From an uncultured Eubacteriales bacterium (GTDB lineage: Bacteria; Bacillota; Clostridia; TANB77; UBA1234), in the NCBI GenBank assembly GCA_964394075.1, contig CAYMVI010000002.1:95234-159233 (forward strand): DNA of 64,000 bases, in the 5' to 3' direction. The notes beneath the pieces are model-generated. The model saw only the letters and a list, made by a program, of their open reading frames with translations, made no database searches and was not told where the DNA came from. The position numbers and the translations under genes are program-made. Shown here piece by piece: positions 37,882 to 46,568 of this stretch (position 1 is the first letter of the stretch; each line of letters begins with the position of its first letter).

Positions 37882-38207
37882 TCCAAAAAGCCTCCTTTCG
37901 TGCCAAAAACCGACAAGTTATATTCTTCTATATCTGCTCTGTCTATGTCATACCATATAGCGTGTATCACAAAATTTTCGCCCTCAATATTTAAGTCTTT
38001 ACTATCTTCATAAGCCAAACCATATTGACTTAAAAATGGTTGTATCTCGTTTACAACTTCTTGCCATAACTCTTTATGTTCTAATATATATTTGCAAACA
38101 TTTAACAAAGAATGTGGTTCTGTTTCTTCTGCCGTTATTCTAATAAAGTCATTCAATTTATCGCTTTTAACTTTATCTATAAAATTACTTACATTTAACC
38201 CATTCAT
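37878..38207 (-). CDS. Hypothetical phage protein (109 aa).
   Basis: ORF with 4-nt overlap. Confidence 0.3.
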   Translation of the reverse strand: MNGLNVSNFIDKVKSDKLNDFIRITAEETEPHSLLNVCKYILEHKELWQEVVNEIQPFLSQYGLAYEDSKDLNIEGENFVIHAIWYDIDRADIEEYNLSVFGTKGGFLE

Positions 38208-38340
38208 TGTTTGTCACTCCTCTTTCCAATAATACTTACACTCTTTACCCTCTTCATAAAAATCAGCTACACTATATTGGCAACCTAAGTTCTTAGGTCT
38301 TTTGCTTATTATCCTTTTGCAATCTTTGTTTTTACATTTC

Positions 38341-38736
38341 TTACTGTTGACACACCACGTTATATCGTACATTGTTTGTCACCTCATTTTTACTATTGTA
38401 ATTGCAGGTATTTCTATTCTTTCTTCTGTGAAACAACCGTCCCTTAGGATAGTCATAAAAATGTCCTACAGTTCTATGTACGGGAATTTCAATATGATTA
38501 TTGTCTCTCGCCTCTGTTGTTCCAAATTCTTTTAGTATGTTCATAATCCACTCTATTAGTTTTTTATTTTCGTTCATTGTATTATCGATTATTCTATTCA
38601 GATCGTTAACTCTTTTTTCTAATCCTCGACATTTTGTTTCTCTTTCGGTTAGTGCTTCACTATATCTTGCTAGTTCCTTATTAAGTTCTGCAATCTTCTT
38701 TTTATTGAATAAATCTATTTTTTTTATTTTAGGCAT
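38341..38736 (-). CDS. Hypothetical coiled-coil phage protein (131 aa).
   Basis: ORF. RBS GGAGGAATTAATAATG. Confidence 0.3.
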   Translation of the reverse strand: MPKIKKIDLFNKKKIAELNKELARYSEALTERETKCRGLEKRVNDLNRIIDNTMNENKKLIEWIMNILKEFGTTEARDNNHIEIPVHRTVGHFYDYPKGRLFHRRKNRNTCNYNSKNEVTNNVRYNVVCQQ

Positions 38737-38748
38737 TATTAATTCCTC

Positions 38749-39450
38749 CTAAATATCTGAAATATCAATGTTATATTTTTGAGCCACCTTCTTAAAATTC
38801 CCTTTTCCATAGTCTTCATAATTCTTAAATTCAACTAATAATTCATTATCTTCTAATACCTTTAGCCATGATTTTACGACTTCGTGCATTAAATTTGCAG
38901 AGATTCCCTTTTCCGCTTCTGCCTTTTCAAGTCCAAATCTAACATCTTCTTTTAATTGATTTATAACATTTTCTTTTGTCCATTCTTTTGGTGTGCCCCA
39001 CTCGTTGCCTTCGCTTGCCATATATCCTATCGTTTTTCCTTGTTCTTCCGTTAAGAAATCACAAAACCTTATTCCAAATCTGTCATCTAAAAATGTTTCA
39101 TATTCTTTATAATTATCTAATATTTCTTTTATACTTTTCATACTATTTATTCTCCTCGTATAATATTCAATTACACATCCATAACACGCATCGTACATGT
39201 CAGCATAGCAATCACATTCTTCTTTTTCAGGACTTCTTACTTTTCTGCATATATCTTCATCTAGTTTATTTTCTGCTATATCTTTTGCCATTAACTCAAT
39301 TATTTTTTCTTGTTTTTTATATTTGCTTGTTAGTTTTTTAATGCTTTTTATTGGCACTTCTTCATAATATGAGCTTTTTTCTAGCGGATCTGTTACTGCT
39401 TCATAGTCTTTTATAAATTCTTCCAGTATTCTTATATATGCTTCACTCAT
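38749..39450 (-). CDS. Hypothetical phage protein (233 aa) with a Cys cluster.
   Basis: ORF. CDCYADMYDACYGC motif. Confidence 0.35.
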   Translation of the reverse strand: MSEAYIRILEEFIKDYEAVTDPLEKSSYYEEVPIKSIKKLTSKYKKQEKIIELMAKDIAENKLDEDICRKVRSPEKEECDCYADMYDACYGCVIEYYTRRINSMKSIKEILDNYKEYETFLDDRFGIRFCDFLTEEQGKTIGYMASEGNEWGTPKEWTKENVINQLKEDVRFGLEKAEAEKGISANLMHEVVKSWLKVLEDNELLVEFKNYEDYGKGNFKKVAQKYNIDISDI

Positions 39451-39661
39451 TTAATTGTCCTCCTATCAATTCTGGATTATCATGTATATTTCCAATAATT
39501 TCTCCATAAGTTTCTAGCCCTTGATAAGTACTTCTATGCCACCTTGTGTGTTTGTCTTTTTTCTTATCGTAAGGCTTATCCAAAAAACTAAATTCTACTT
39601 TCCCATATTTAACTAATACAATTCTGCTCCACTTGTCATTGTTGCATGTTTTTCTTAACAA
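39443..39661 (-). CDS. Hypothetical phage protein (72 aa).
   Basis: ORF with 8-nt overlap. Confidence 0.25.
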   Translation of the reverse strand: MLRKTCNNDKWSRIVLVKYGKVEFSFLDKPYDKKKDKHTRWHRSTYQGLETYGEIIGNIHDNPELIGGQLNE

Positions 39662-39874
39662 TATATCTCCCTCGTAAATTTCTGTTCCGTTCTTATCATA
39701 TTGTCCGTGTGGATTGTCCTATTGTTTCTTCTAGCACTTCCATATAAAACCCTGTACGAGCTACAATTTGGTAATGGTTTAACATGTTAGTTAAACTTCC
39801 ATATACCCAATCACCGCATTTAGTTTTCCCTCTGAATTTAATCTCTCTCATTCATTCACCTTCATATTACTCTC

Positions 39875-40504
39875 CTAATAAATAAATCTTTTCTTTTTGG
39901 CTATCTCACAAAATCTATTTATCCCACCAACTTCAATAATTCTCAAAAACACTTCTATTAAGGCTTGAGTATCTGGATGAAATATCCTCTCGTGTTTGTG
40001 TGCGTTATAATATTGCATTGGTTCAGGATATGGTTTGTTTTCATCCACTTTTTGCTTTGAATATACTATTCCTGCACCTAACCAATCACATATCATTTCC
40101 ACTACATACTCATACGGGATTTTTATTGGAGTGTTCTTATAAGTTCCAATATTATCTATCCAATATTCCCAATGATGTGGATTATGCCCTTTGTGATGTT
40201 GCCACGCTAACGAATATCCCTTTTCTGATTTTTCAGCATCTATTGGGCTTTTGTTGCCTTGAAAATGTCTGGCACTACTTGCAAACTCCGTGATTCCATA
40301 CTTGCTCAAATCATGTAATAACCCTCTTTTATATATTCCACATTTAAAACAATATTTCATAACATATAATTTGTGTTTTGTTATGGTAATAAAGTGTTTT
40401 ATATATTTATTCATTTCACTTTCCTTCTTTCTTTTCAAAAAGTCTTCTACCCTCTTCAGTAGTAACATAAACATTCGTGAATAATATCGGCACAGATACA
40501 TCAT
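39875..40504 (-). CDS. Hypothetical phage protein (209 aa, His-rich motif HHKGHNPHHWEYW).
   Basis: ORF. Possible metal-binding motifs. Family not recognised. Confidence 0.3.
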   Translation of the reverse strand: MMYLCRYYSRMFMLLLKRVEDFLKRKKESEMNKYIKHFITITKHKLYVMKYCFKCGIYKRGLLHDLSKYGITEFASSARHFQGNKSPIDAEKSEKGYSLAWQHHKGHNPHHWEYWIDNIGTYKNTPIKIPYEYVVEMICDWLGAGIVYSKQKVDENKPYPEPMQYYNAHKHERIFHPDTQALIEVFLRIIEVGGINRFCEIAKKKRFIY

Positions 40505-40790
40505 ATAATCCGTTATAATAATCTTCGTAATGAGTACCGACTTTTCTTATTTCCATGTAACCTTTTTGTAATAGAGATTTATAGGCTTTCTGAACTTGAT
40601 ATTTTGAAGTGTTGAGTAAATTTGCCATCATTGTTACAGAAATCCAGTCTAGCCAGCTTCCACAACTATAGTGTGTTCCTTGTTCTTCAACATATTTTTC
40701 TAGCACTTCCATTTCTGTTACTTTGCGATACTTTTTCACGTTATCCCTCCACAAAATATTTTCCTTTTTCAAATTGCTCTTTTGTGACAA
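40416..40790 (-). CDS. Hypothetical phage protein (124 aa).
   Basis: ORF. Confidence 0.3.
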   Translation of the reverse strand: MSQKSNLKKENILWRDNVKKYRKVTEMEVLEKYVEEQGTHYSCGSWLDWISVTMMANLLNTSKYQVQKAYKSLLQKGYMEIRKVGTHYEDYYNGLYDVSVPILFTNVYVTTEEGRRLFEKKEGK

Positions 40791-41082
40791 TTTCCATTAT
40801 TTCATTCTTGTAATAATAGCCCCTCATACAATCAACTTTTAAAACCTTTTCTCCATCTTTTTCAAAAACATCCCAAACATAGTGGCCATTCACATAGTCT
40901 CCACATTCTATAATGTCAATAGGCTCTTCCCCAAACTTAACAATATCTTTTCTCTTGCATTCACATTCAAATTTTTGTACATCGTTTGCTTGTAAGAAAT
41001 ATGTTCTGCCATATATTCCAGTTACTTTTCTGATTCTTCCGTTTACAAGTCTGACATAATATCCTTCTTTAATTTCAGCCAT
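40741..41082 (-). CDS. Hypothetical phage protein (113 aa).
   Basis: ORF. Confidence 0.3.
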   Translation of the reverse strand: MAEIKEGYYVRLVNGRIRKVTGIYGRTYFLQANDVQKFECECKRKDIVKFGEEPIDIIECGDYVNGHYVWDVFEKDGEKVLKVDCMRGYYYKNEIMEIVTKEQFEKGKYFVEG

Positions 41083-41440
41083 TGTTTTGTTCTCCTTTTA
41101 ACAGGTCTTCAAGTGTATCAATTATAAATATATTGCCTGCATCATAATTTATTTTTAAGTATTCTATCTCTTCTTTTATCTTGCTTTCCCAGTAAACACG
41201 TTCTCTCTTTGTGCCTACTATTAAGCCAACTTCATAGGTTCTTTTTGCTTTTAGTGTCTTTCCTGCACTTCTTGTACCATAGAATACAACCTCTTCTTCT
41301 GGCATGTCTAAAACTTTTAATACTGTGTCTAATGCTAAATGTTCTTGGTTATGGTCAAAGCCACATTCATTAACTTTCTTGTAGTATTCACATCTTTCTT
41401 TTAATATTTCTATTGCCTCTTTTAATTCCATCTGCATCAC
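41075..41440 (-). CDS. Hypothetical phage protein (121 aa).
   Basis: ORF. Confidence 0.3.
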   Translation of the reverse strand: MMQMELKEAIEILKERCEYYKKVNECGFDHNQEHLALDTVLKVLDMPEEEVVFYGTRSAGKTLKAKRTYEVGLIVGTKRERVYWESKIKEEIEYLKINYDAGNIFIIDTLEDLLKGEQNNG

Positions 41441-41801
41441 TTCCTTGCAATAATTCTTCTAATACTTCTATTTGTGCTAAAGCCTTGTTATCATGTTGAA
41501 AGCAAGTCTCCACTTTCAAACAATCTGCAATGATTAACTCTCTTACCCTCTTTTTTATTTTGTCTATCGGCACATACCTATTCTCAAATTCTTTTTTTGT
41601 CATATTTTGAGAGCACTTTAATTTCTTATTTATTATTTGCAATTTTTCTAACTCTTGTGTCACTGTAAGCATTGCTTGCGTGTCTTCACTATCTATATAG
41701 CACCCATCACAATGCTCTTCATCGCAGTTCCCGCAACGGCCTATTAACCCGTTTAGAATTTTTGTCGCTTCTTTTAGTTCCATCTCATCACCTAAATCCA
41801 A
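41388..41801 (-). CDS. Cys-rich hypothetical phage protein (137 aa).
   Basis: RCGNCDEEHCDGCY motif. Confidence 0.3.
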   Translation of the reverse strand: MDLGDEMELKEATKILNGLIGRCGNCDEEHCDGCYIDSEDTQAMLTVTQELEKLQIINKKLKCSQNMTKKEFENRYVPIDKIKKRVRELIIADCLKVETCFQHDNKALAQIEVLEELLQGSDADGIKRGNRNIKRKM

Positions 41802-42322
41802 TAAATTTTCTCTTTTAAGGCATCAATGTTGTAACAAATCCAGCAACAACCTGTGTTGAAACTGTTTGATTTACCTATAAATTTGATTCTCTTTTTGAAT
41901 ATCAAAATGCTAAGTTTGTCTATGTATTTTTCATAAATATCTGCTCTCTTCTCAGTTTCTAAAGTAGATAAAGGCAGTAACAAGCAAAATGCTTTTATCT
42001 TCCCACTGTCTATTAGCTCAAATGTTCTTTTTATGATTTCATTTTGTTGCCCAAATGGTGGATTACTTATTAGCAAATCGCAGTTTTGTGGTGGTTCTGT
42101 TTTAAAGAAATCGTTTCCGCAGTCATCAAATATATGTGTTGCTTTATATTGTAGTTTTAGTTCATCGGCCTTTAGTTTGAATTGACTGTCGTAATTGTTA
42201 AACGGAAACCAGATAGAGTTATAGCTTTGAATATCTATTAAGTCATATATGTTTTCTACTACATATCTGGGTGTTGCTACATGGTCTTTGCTAGTTTGTT
42301 TCTCTATTTCGTACGGGTTCAT
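41792..42322 (-). CDS. Orphan DNA N6-adenine methyltransferase (small phage T1/Dam-type).
   Basis: 176 aa. Motif IV DLLISNPPFG (NPPF). No adjacent restriction endonuclease. Confidence 0.7.
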   Translation of the reverse strand: MNPYEIEKQTSKDHVATPRYVVENIYDLIDIQSYNSIWFPFNNYDSQFKLKADELKLQYKATHIFDDCGNDFFKTEPPQNCDLLISNPPFGQQNEIIKRTFELIDSGKIKAFCLLLPLSTLETEKRADIYEKYIDKLSILIFKKRIKFIGKSNSFNTGCCWICYNIDALKEKIYWI

Positions 42323-42497
42323 TATCTACCTCCAAATTTAAAATCATATTTGCTCTTAAATTATCTACACTTCTTATTTGTTTTGTTATTGAAGTTCTTT
42401 CTGGATCATCTGCTAAAAATGCCTTTAGAAGTACAACTCTGTATTTTGTTAATAAATGATTCAACTGAATGTATTCCTCTTCATTCATTAGCAACAC
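42291..42497 (-). CDS. Hypothetical phage protein (68 aa).
   Basis: ORF. Confidence 0.25.
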   Translation of the reverse strand: MLLMNEEEYIQLNHLLTKYRVVLLKAFLADDPERTSITKQIRSVDNLRANMILNLEVDNEPVRNRETN

Positions 42498-42500
42498 CTC

Positions 42501-42821
42501 TTATTTCAGTTCTATTTTCATCTTTTTAATTTGCTCTTTTATTTCTTCATAATCACTTCTGGTTAGATGTCCTGTTCTGAACGCATCTATGTTGTTGAAT
42601 ATGTGATACATGATTTCTCTTAGTTTCTTTTGACCAGACTTTAAGTTATCCCAATTCAACTTATAATAGAGCGTATATGCTGTCATGTAAAACACGCATT
42701 CTTCTACATGTCTCATTCCATCTTTGAAGCCCTTTTCGTATAAGTCGTCACTATACTTGTCCATTATTGATTTCTTACTGTAGCCTTGGCGTTCTAATCT
42801 TCTACGTTCGCTTCTATTCAT
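42501..42821 (-). CDS. Hypothetical phage protein (106 aa).
   Basis: ORF. Confidence 0.3.
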   Translation of the reverse strand: MNRSERRRLERQGYSKKSIMDKYSDDLYEKGFKDGMRHVEECVFYMTAYTLYYKLNWDNLKSGQKKLREIMYHIFNNIDAFRTGHLTRSDYEEIKEQIKKMKIELK

Positions 42822-42822
42822 A

Positions 42823-43296
42823 TTAGACCTCCCTGATATATTGCTTGTATTTATACATGAACATTTTCTTTTTCATGTTATAGACTGGTGTTTTTATGCC
42901 TTTTACATCTTCAATTACTAGCTTTCCATTTTCGTAGTATGTAAAATCTGCGATGTATTTTATTGCTTTAATCTTTTCTCCATTTATTTCAAACGCATCT
43001 TGCAAAACAAAAGGAACTTGTAACTGAAGGTCTGTAATCACACCAGCCTTTTCTAACATCTTTAACTCTGTGTATCTACTTGCTTCTTTTTCTGAATCGA
43101 ATTTGATGTCATCTACAACGCATTTGTTTGCTCTGTATTTTGATATTTTCTTTTCCTCTTGTTGTTTATCAGTTGCCACTAAAGAATTGATTTTAGGCAC
43201 AACCTCTTTAATTCTTGCATTATGTTTTTTGACATCTTCCATAGTCCACTCTTCAAAGCCACTCATATTACAGCCTCCAGTTTTAATTGCTCCCAA
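42823..43296 (-). CDS. DUF1064-like phage protein (putative nuclease/resolvase-like).
   Basis: Segments YRANKCVVDDIKFDSEKEASRY and DLQLQVPFVL resemble the DUF1064 family common next to phage replication genes. Probable start is the internal Met at 43266. Confidence 0.35.
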   Translation of the reverse strand: MGAIKTGGCNMSGFEEWTMEDVKKHNARIKEVVPKINSLVATDKQQEEKKISKYRANKCVVDDIKFDSEKEASRYTELKMLEKAGVITDLQLQVPFVLQDAFEINGEKIKAIKYIADFTYYENGKLVIEDVKGIKTPVYNMKKKMFMYKYKQYIREV

Positions 43297-43709
43297 CCTG
43301 TGCAGTCATCTATAAGTTCATACACAGATACTGTTTTGCCTGTATATTTACACTTCTTTTTGTCAGTCACTTTCACTAGATGATATCTTTTCTCTAGTTC
43401 AGTTAACCTTGGAGCTGACCAGTTGCGTTCCGTTGAGCTAGCATAACCAAGCTTGTACATTTCAACAGCCACTTCTTTAGCGGTCATTGCTCCATTAGCC
43501 TTTAATATTTCTCGAATCTGAGAATATCTTTTAACTTTATCCACAGATTCGTTAGATTCTCTTCTACACTCATTGCTTATCATTTGCACACCACGCTCCT
43601 TATAGTCTGTGAGTAAAACAGAATTGGTCTTCGTATGGGATTTGCTCCCACCCTTCTTGTTCTTTTGCCCAAGACAAAGCTTTAATTTTTCCACCAAAAG
43701 TAGACACAT
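43263..43709 (-). CDS. Winged-helix-like hypothetical protein. Probable true start is the internal ATG at 43583.
   Basis: The longest ORF overlaps the replisome-organizer gene by 110 nt. The internal Met (MISNECRR...) reduces the overlap to 18 nt. Confidence 0.35.
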   Translation of the reverse strand: MCLLLVEKLKLCLGQKNKKGGSKSHTKTNSVLLTDYKERGVQMISNECRRESNESVDKVKRYSQIREILKANGAMTAKEVAVEMYKLGYASSTERNWSAPRLTELEKRYHLVKVTDKKKCKYTGKTVSVYELIDDCTGWEQLKLEAVI

Positions 43710-44229
43710 CGAATTTGTCTCGTGCGTTTTTTAATAATGAATTATAAAGATCATTAGTTTTATTGTTTATAGTTTTATTTATGTTGTCATTTTGTCTGTC
43801 ATTTTGTTTGCCATTTTGTATGTCATTTTGTATGTCATTTTGTTTTGACTCTGCAATTTGACTGTCATTTTGTGGAGTCAAATTAATTTGTTTGTCATTT
43901 TGCAGTGGCAATTCGTTTTGTCTGTCATTTTGCTGAGTCAGCTTTTCATCATACAATTTGACAATCTTATATTCTCCTGCTTGATTGCCTCTGCCTTTTT
44001 TGTACTCGATATATCCTTTTTGGATGAGTTCGTTCCTTACTCTGTCAAATGTTCTATCATCTAAACCAGTCTTAATTACTAATTTTGAATTAGGTATCAC
44101 AAATCTTTCTCTCCAAAATAGCTTATTGTTTATATCCAGCAAATGGTGGTATAAGCAAAATGCTTTTATAGAGATTGGATGTTGTTCTAGTAATTCATAA
44201 AAAGAATTTAACTGTTCGATATAGTTCAT
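43600..44229 (-). CDS. Phage replisome organizer (DnaD-like N-terminal domain) with an internal iteron-encoded QND-repeat region.
   Basis: N-terminus MNYIEQLNSFYELLEQHP...FCLYHHLLDINNKLFW...RVRNELIQKGYIEYKKGRGN is typical of phage_rep_org_N. The C-terminal half is coded by 9-10-bp tandem repeats. Confidence 0.65.
   Translation of the reverse strand: MNYIEQLNSFYELLEQHPISIKAFCLYHHLLDINNKLFWRERFVIPNSKLVIKTGLDDRTFDRVRNELIQKGYIEYKKGRGNQAGEYKIVKLYDEKLTQQNDRQNELPLQNDKQINLTPQNDSQIAESKQNDIQNDIQNGKQNDRQNDNINKTINNKTNDLYNSLLKNARDKFDVSTFGGKIKALSWAKEQEGWEQIPYEDQFCFTHRL
43786..43935. repeat. Iteron array (at least 9 copies of TGTCATTTTG-like 9-10-bp units) inside the replisome-organizer gene. Putative phage origin of replication.
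   Basis: Sequence gtcattttgtctgtcattttgtttgccattttgtatgtcattttgtatgtcattttg...gtcattttgcagtggcaattcgttttgtctgtcattttg. Confidence 0.6.
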
Positions 44230-44243
44230 TTTCTCACCCGCTT

Positions 44244-44864
44244 TCAGTCGTATTTAAAACCATTCCACTTATGGAACACTAAATTTTCTTCGTTCCAAGA
44301 ATCCCCGTATATTGATTGCAGGTATTCTCTTATTGTTTTTCTTGTTTCTTCTAATTTTGAGCCATTGTCGTATTCATGGTGACACTCTGGACAACCTGTT
44401 ACGATATTTTCTTCTATTCCTAGTCCGCCATTGTTGCGTGATATGTAGTGCATGTTAGGTTCTCCTTTTCTTACACCACACACCACGCAAATGCCATTGT
44501 CTCTTTCAGCTACTTTAGCTCTTACTTCTGGCGATATATCTGTTAATTTAGATCTAGTAGATTTAAACTTTGGTTTGCTTCCATATACTTTTACTAGAAG
44601 TTCTTTGTTATATTCCGTTACATTCTTGTTATCTTTTATCTTCATCATGAAGTCGTTTTTATTTAGAAAAATCTCTTTTTTATCACACCAGAATGTTTTC
44701 TTTCCATAGCTATCTACTAAAAATTGTTCTCTATCTTTACTTTCGCCTTGAATGTGTACCTTTTGCATCTTGTATTCAGGTTCATCGTTCCAGTCGTTAC
44801 ATGATTTGTTGTAAAGCAATCTATATGCTTTTATTTTATTGTTATATTTAATGTATTCTTTCAT
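44244..44864 (-). CDS. HNH endonuclease (C-terminal HNH).
   Basis: CVVCG...GCPECHHEYDNG is an HNH zinc-finger motif. Confidence 0.65.
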   Translation of the reverse strand: MKEYIKYNNKIKAYRLLYNKSCNDWNDEPEYKMQKVHIQGESKDREQFLVDSYGKKTFWCDKKEIFLNKNDFMMKIKDNKNVTEYNKELLVKVYGSKPKFKSTRSKLTDISPEVRAKVAERDNGICVVCGVRKGEPNMHYISRNNGGLGIEENIVTGCPECHHEYDNGSKLEETRKTIREYLQSIYGDSWNEENLVFHKWNGFKYD

Positions 44865-45407
44865 CTACATCACCTCTACTGAATATGTAGTGCCGTTTCT
44901 TTCAAATGTGTTTTGACCTTTCTTTAACATTGCACTAATAAATCCTTGATTGTTGCCAAAAAACATTCCAGCTTGAGACATGCTTCTGAATTTTGCTTTT
45001 GCTCCCGTTTTTGTGTTAGTAATTGCAATGTGTTTCTGAGTTGTTTGTAAATTTGTTTCAAAAGCGTGGCGAATATTATCCTCTAACGTAAGCCACTCTA
45101 AATTTTCAACATTATTATTAAAACGATTACCATCTTTATGATTCACTGTCATATTAGTATCTATTAAATCCTCGAGAAATGTTGTTGCTACTAATCTACA
45201 CACAAGAAAACTTTTTGGTTTACCATCTTTCCATAAATCAACTCTATATCCCGTTTTTATATTTCGACTTTTAAATTGTAATATTCTATCTTTCCAATGC
45301 CTTGTCCCATGTCTTTCAGTGCAAGATATTTTATTGTGCGTTCTTACTCTTCCTTTATTGCTTACTTGATAACCAGGATAGCCTCTAATATCTCTCCATT
45401 CTTCCAT
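44865..45407 (-). CDS. HNH homing endonuclease (NUMOD4 plus HNH_3).
   Basis: EEWRDIRGYPGYQVSNKGRVR is the NUMOD4 motif. VNHKDGNRFNNNVENLEWLTLEDN is the HNH_3 motif. Confidence 0.7.
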   Translation of the reverse strand: MEEWRDIRGYPGYQVSNKGRVRTHNKISCTERHGTRHWKDRILQFKSRNIKTGYRVDLWKDGKPKSFLVCRLVATTFLEDLIDTNMTVNHKDGNRFNNNVENLEWLTLEDNIRHAFETNLQTTQKHIAITNTKTGAKAKFRSMSQAGMFFGNNQGFISAMLKKGQNTFERNGTTYSVEVM

Positions 45408-45416
45408 ATATACCTC

Positions 45417-45833
45417 CTAAAAAGGTAAGTCCAATCCATCATCTTCAGTCACTAGATTAAATGTATTTGCTTCTTCAGAATTAAATGGAGCTGATGATGT
45501 TGTTTCTCCTTTTTTCTTTGTATCTGCAAAATAAACTTCTTCAGCAATAACTTCTGTTACATATACTTTCTTCCCATCTTTGTCATCATAGTTTCTTGTT
45601 TGTAATCTTCCAATAACACCTACTTGTTGACCTTTGTTGAAGTACTTGCTACAAAACTCTCCAGTTTTATCCCAAGCTACTATATTAAAAAAGTCTGCTT
45701 GTCTTTCTTCACCTTGCTTTGCAAATCTTCTATTTACCGCTAATCCAAAACTGGCTACCATCGTGTTATTTCCACTTGTGTATCTTACTTCTGGATCTCT
45801 AGTTAAACGCCCCATTAATATAACTTTATTCAT
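45417..45833 (-). CDS. ssb: Single-stranded DNA-binding protein.
   Basis: OB-fold N-terminus MNKVILMGRLTRDPEVRYT. Acidic C-terminal tip DDGLDLPF. Confidence 0.85.
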   Translation of the reverse strand: MNKVILMGRLTRDPEVRYTSGNNTMVASFGLAVNRRFAKQGEERQADFFNIVAWDKTGEFCSKYFNKGQQVGVIGRLQTRNYDDKDGKKVYVTEVIAEEVYFADTKKKGETTSSAPFNSEEANTFNLVTEDDGLDLPF

Positions 45834-45848
45834 CTTTTTTCTCCTTTT

Positions 45849-46568
45849 TTATTTAATAACTATAAGGCTTTTAATGATTTCTTCTGTGTCTCTCCATTGT
45901 TTTTCTAATTCATCTGCTAGTTTTTGTTCACCACAAAAAGTAATCATTACATAGTGACCTTCTTCGTATTCTTTTATTGGAAATGCAAGTTTTTTCTTGC
46001 CTAGCTTTTCCGCTTTAACAACAGTTCCTTCTGCATTTAATTGAGCAACAAATTTATTGGTTAATGTTTCTAGAGTTTCTTCAGATTGAGTGGGATCAAT
46101 AATCATAATCGCTTCATATTGTTTAACTTTTTCTTTATGTTCATTTGATTCTGTTTCTTTATCCTTTTTTTCTTTTTCTTCTTTTTCAACAATTTCTAAA
46201 AGTTTTTTAATAGCTTCATCTACAAATTTATCCATTTCTGTTTCTGTTTTTTCTTCATAAGAACTTGAACCCTTATTAATAGTTTCTGTTTCATAAAAAT
46301 GTTGTGCTAATTTTATTTCTGGGTGCTCTTCTAAATATATCTGTGTCATTTGTTTTAACATGTCATACATTGTTAATTTCATGATTATATTGCTTTTTGA
46401 AGTTTCAACTACTATATGAGGTTCTGTTTGTTCTCCGCTTTGTTTTATTGCAGGCACAATTATTTCGACTCTAACATAATGACCACTTTTTAAAATTTCA
46501 TTTCTTCTTTGTTCTCCTTTTTTACTTACTTTATTTTTTTGCATTTTCAATACCTTCCTATAATTCAT
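45849..46568 (-). CDS. Fusion protein: N-terminal domain of unknown function plus C-terminal ribosomal protein bS6 (RpsF)-like domain.
   Basis: The last ~90 aa, YEAIMIIDPTQSEETLETLTNKFVAQLNAEGTVVKAEKLGKKKLAFPIKEYEEGHYVMITFC...EIIKSLIV, align position-by-position with bacterial S6 (B. subtilis MRKYEVMYIIRPNIDEE...GKRRLAYEI..GFY...). Located immediately upstream of ssb, as in the host rpsF-ssb-rpsR operon. Confidence 0.6.
   Translation of the reverse strand: MNYRKVLKMQKNKVSKKGEQRRNEILKSGHYVRVEIIVPAIKQSGEQTEPHIVVETSKSNIIMKLTMYDMLKQMTQIYLEEHPEIKLAQHFYETETINKGSSSYEEKTETEMDKFVDEAIKKLLEIVEKEEKEKKDKETESNEHKEKVKQYEAIMIIDPTQSEETLETLTNKFVAQLNAEGTVVKAEKLGKKKLAFPIKEYEEGHYVMITFCGEQKLADELEKQWRDTEEIIKSLIVIK

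Noticed and set aside
43786-43935. Short tandem repeats that could be mistaken for a CRISPR array
   Set aside because: The units are 9-10 bp with no unique spacers and lie inside a coding region. They are iterons.
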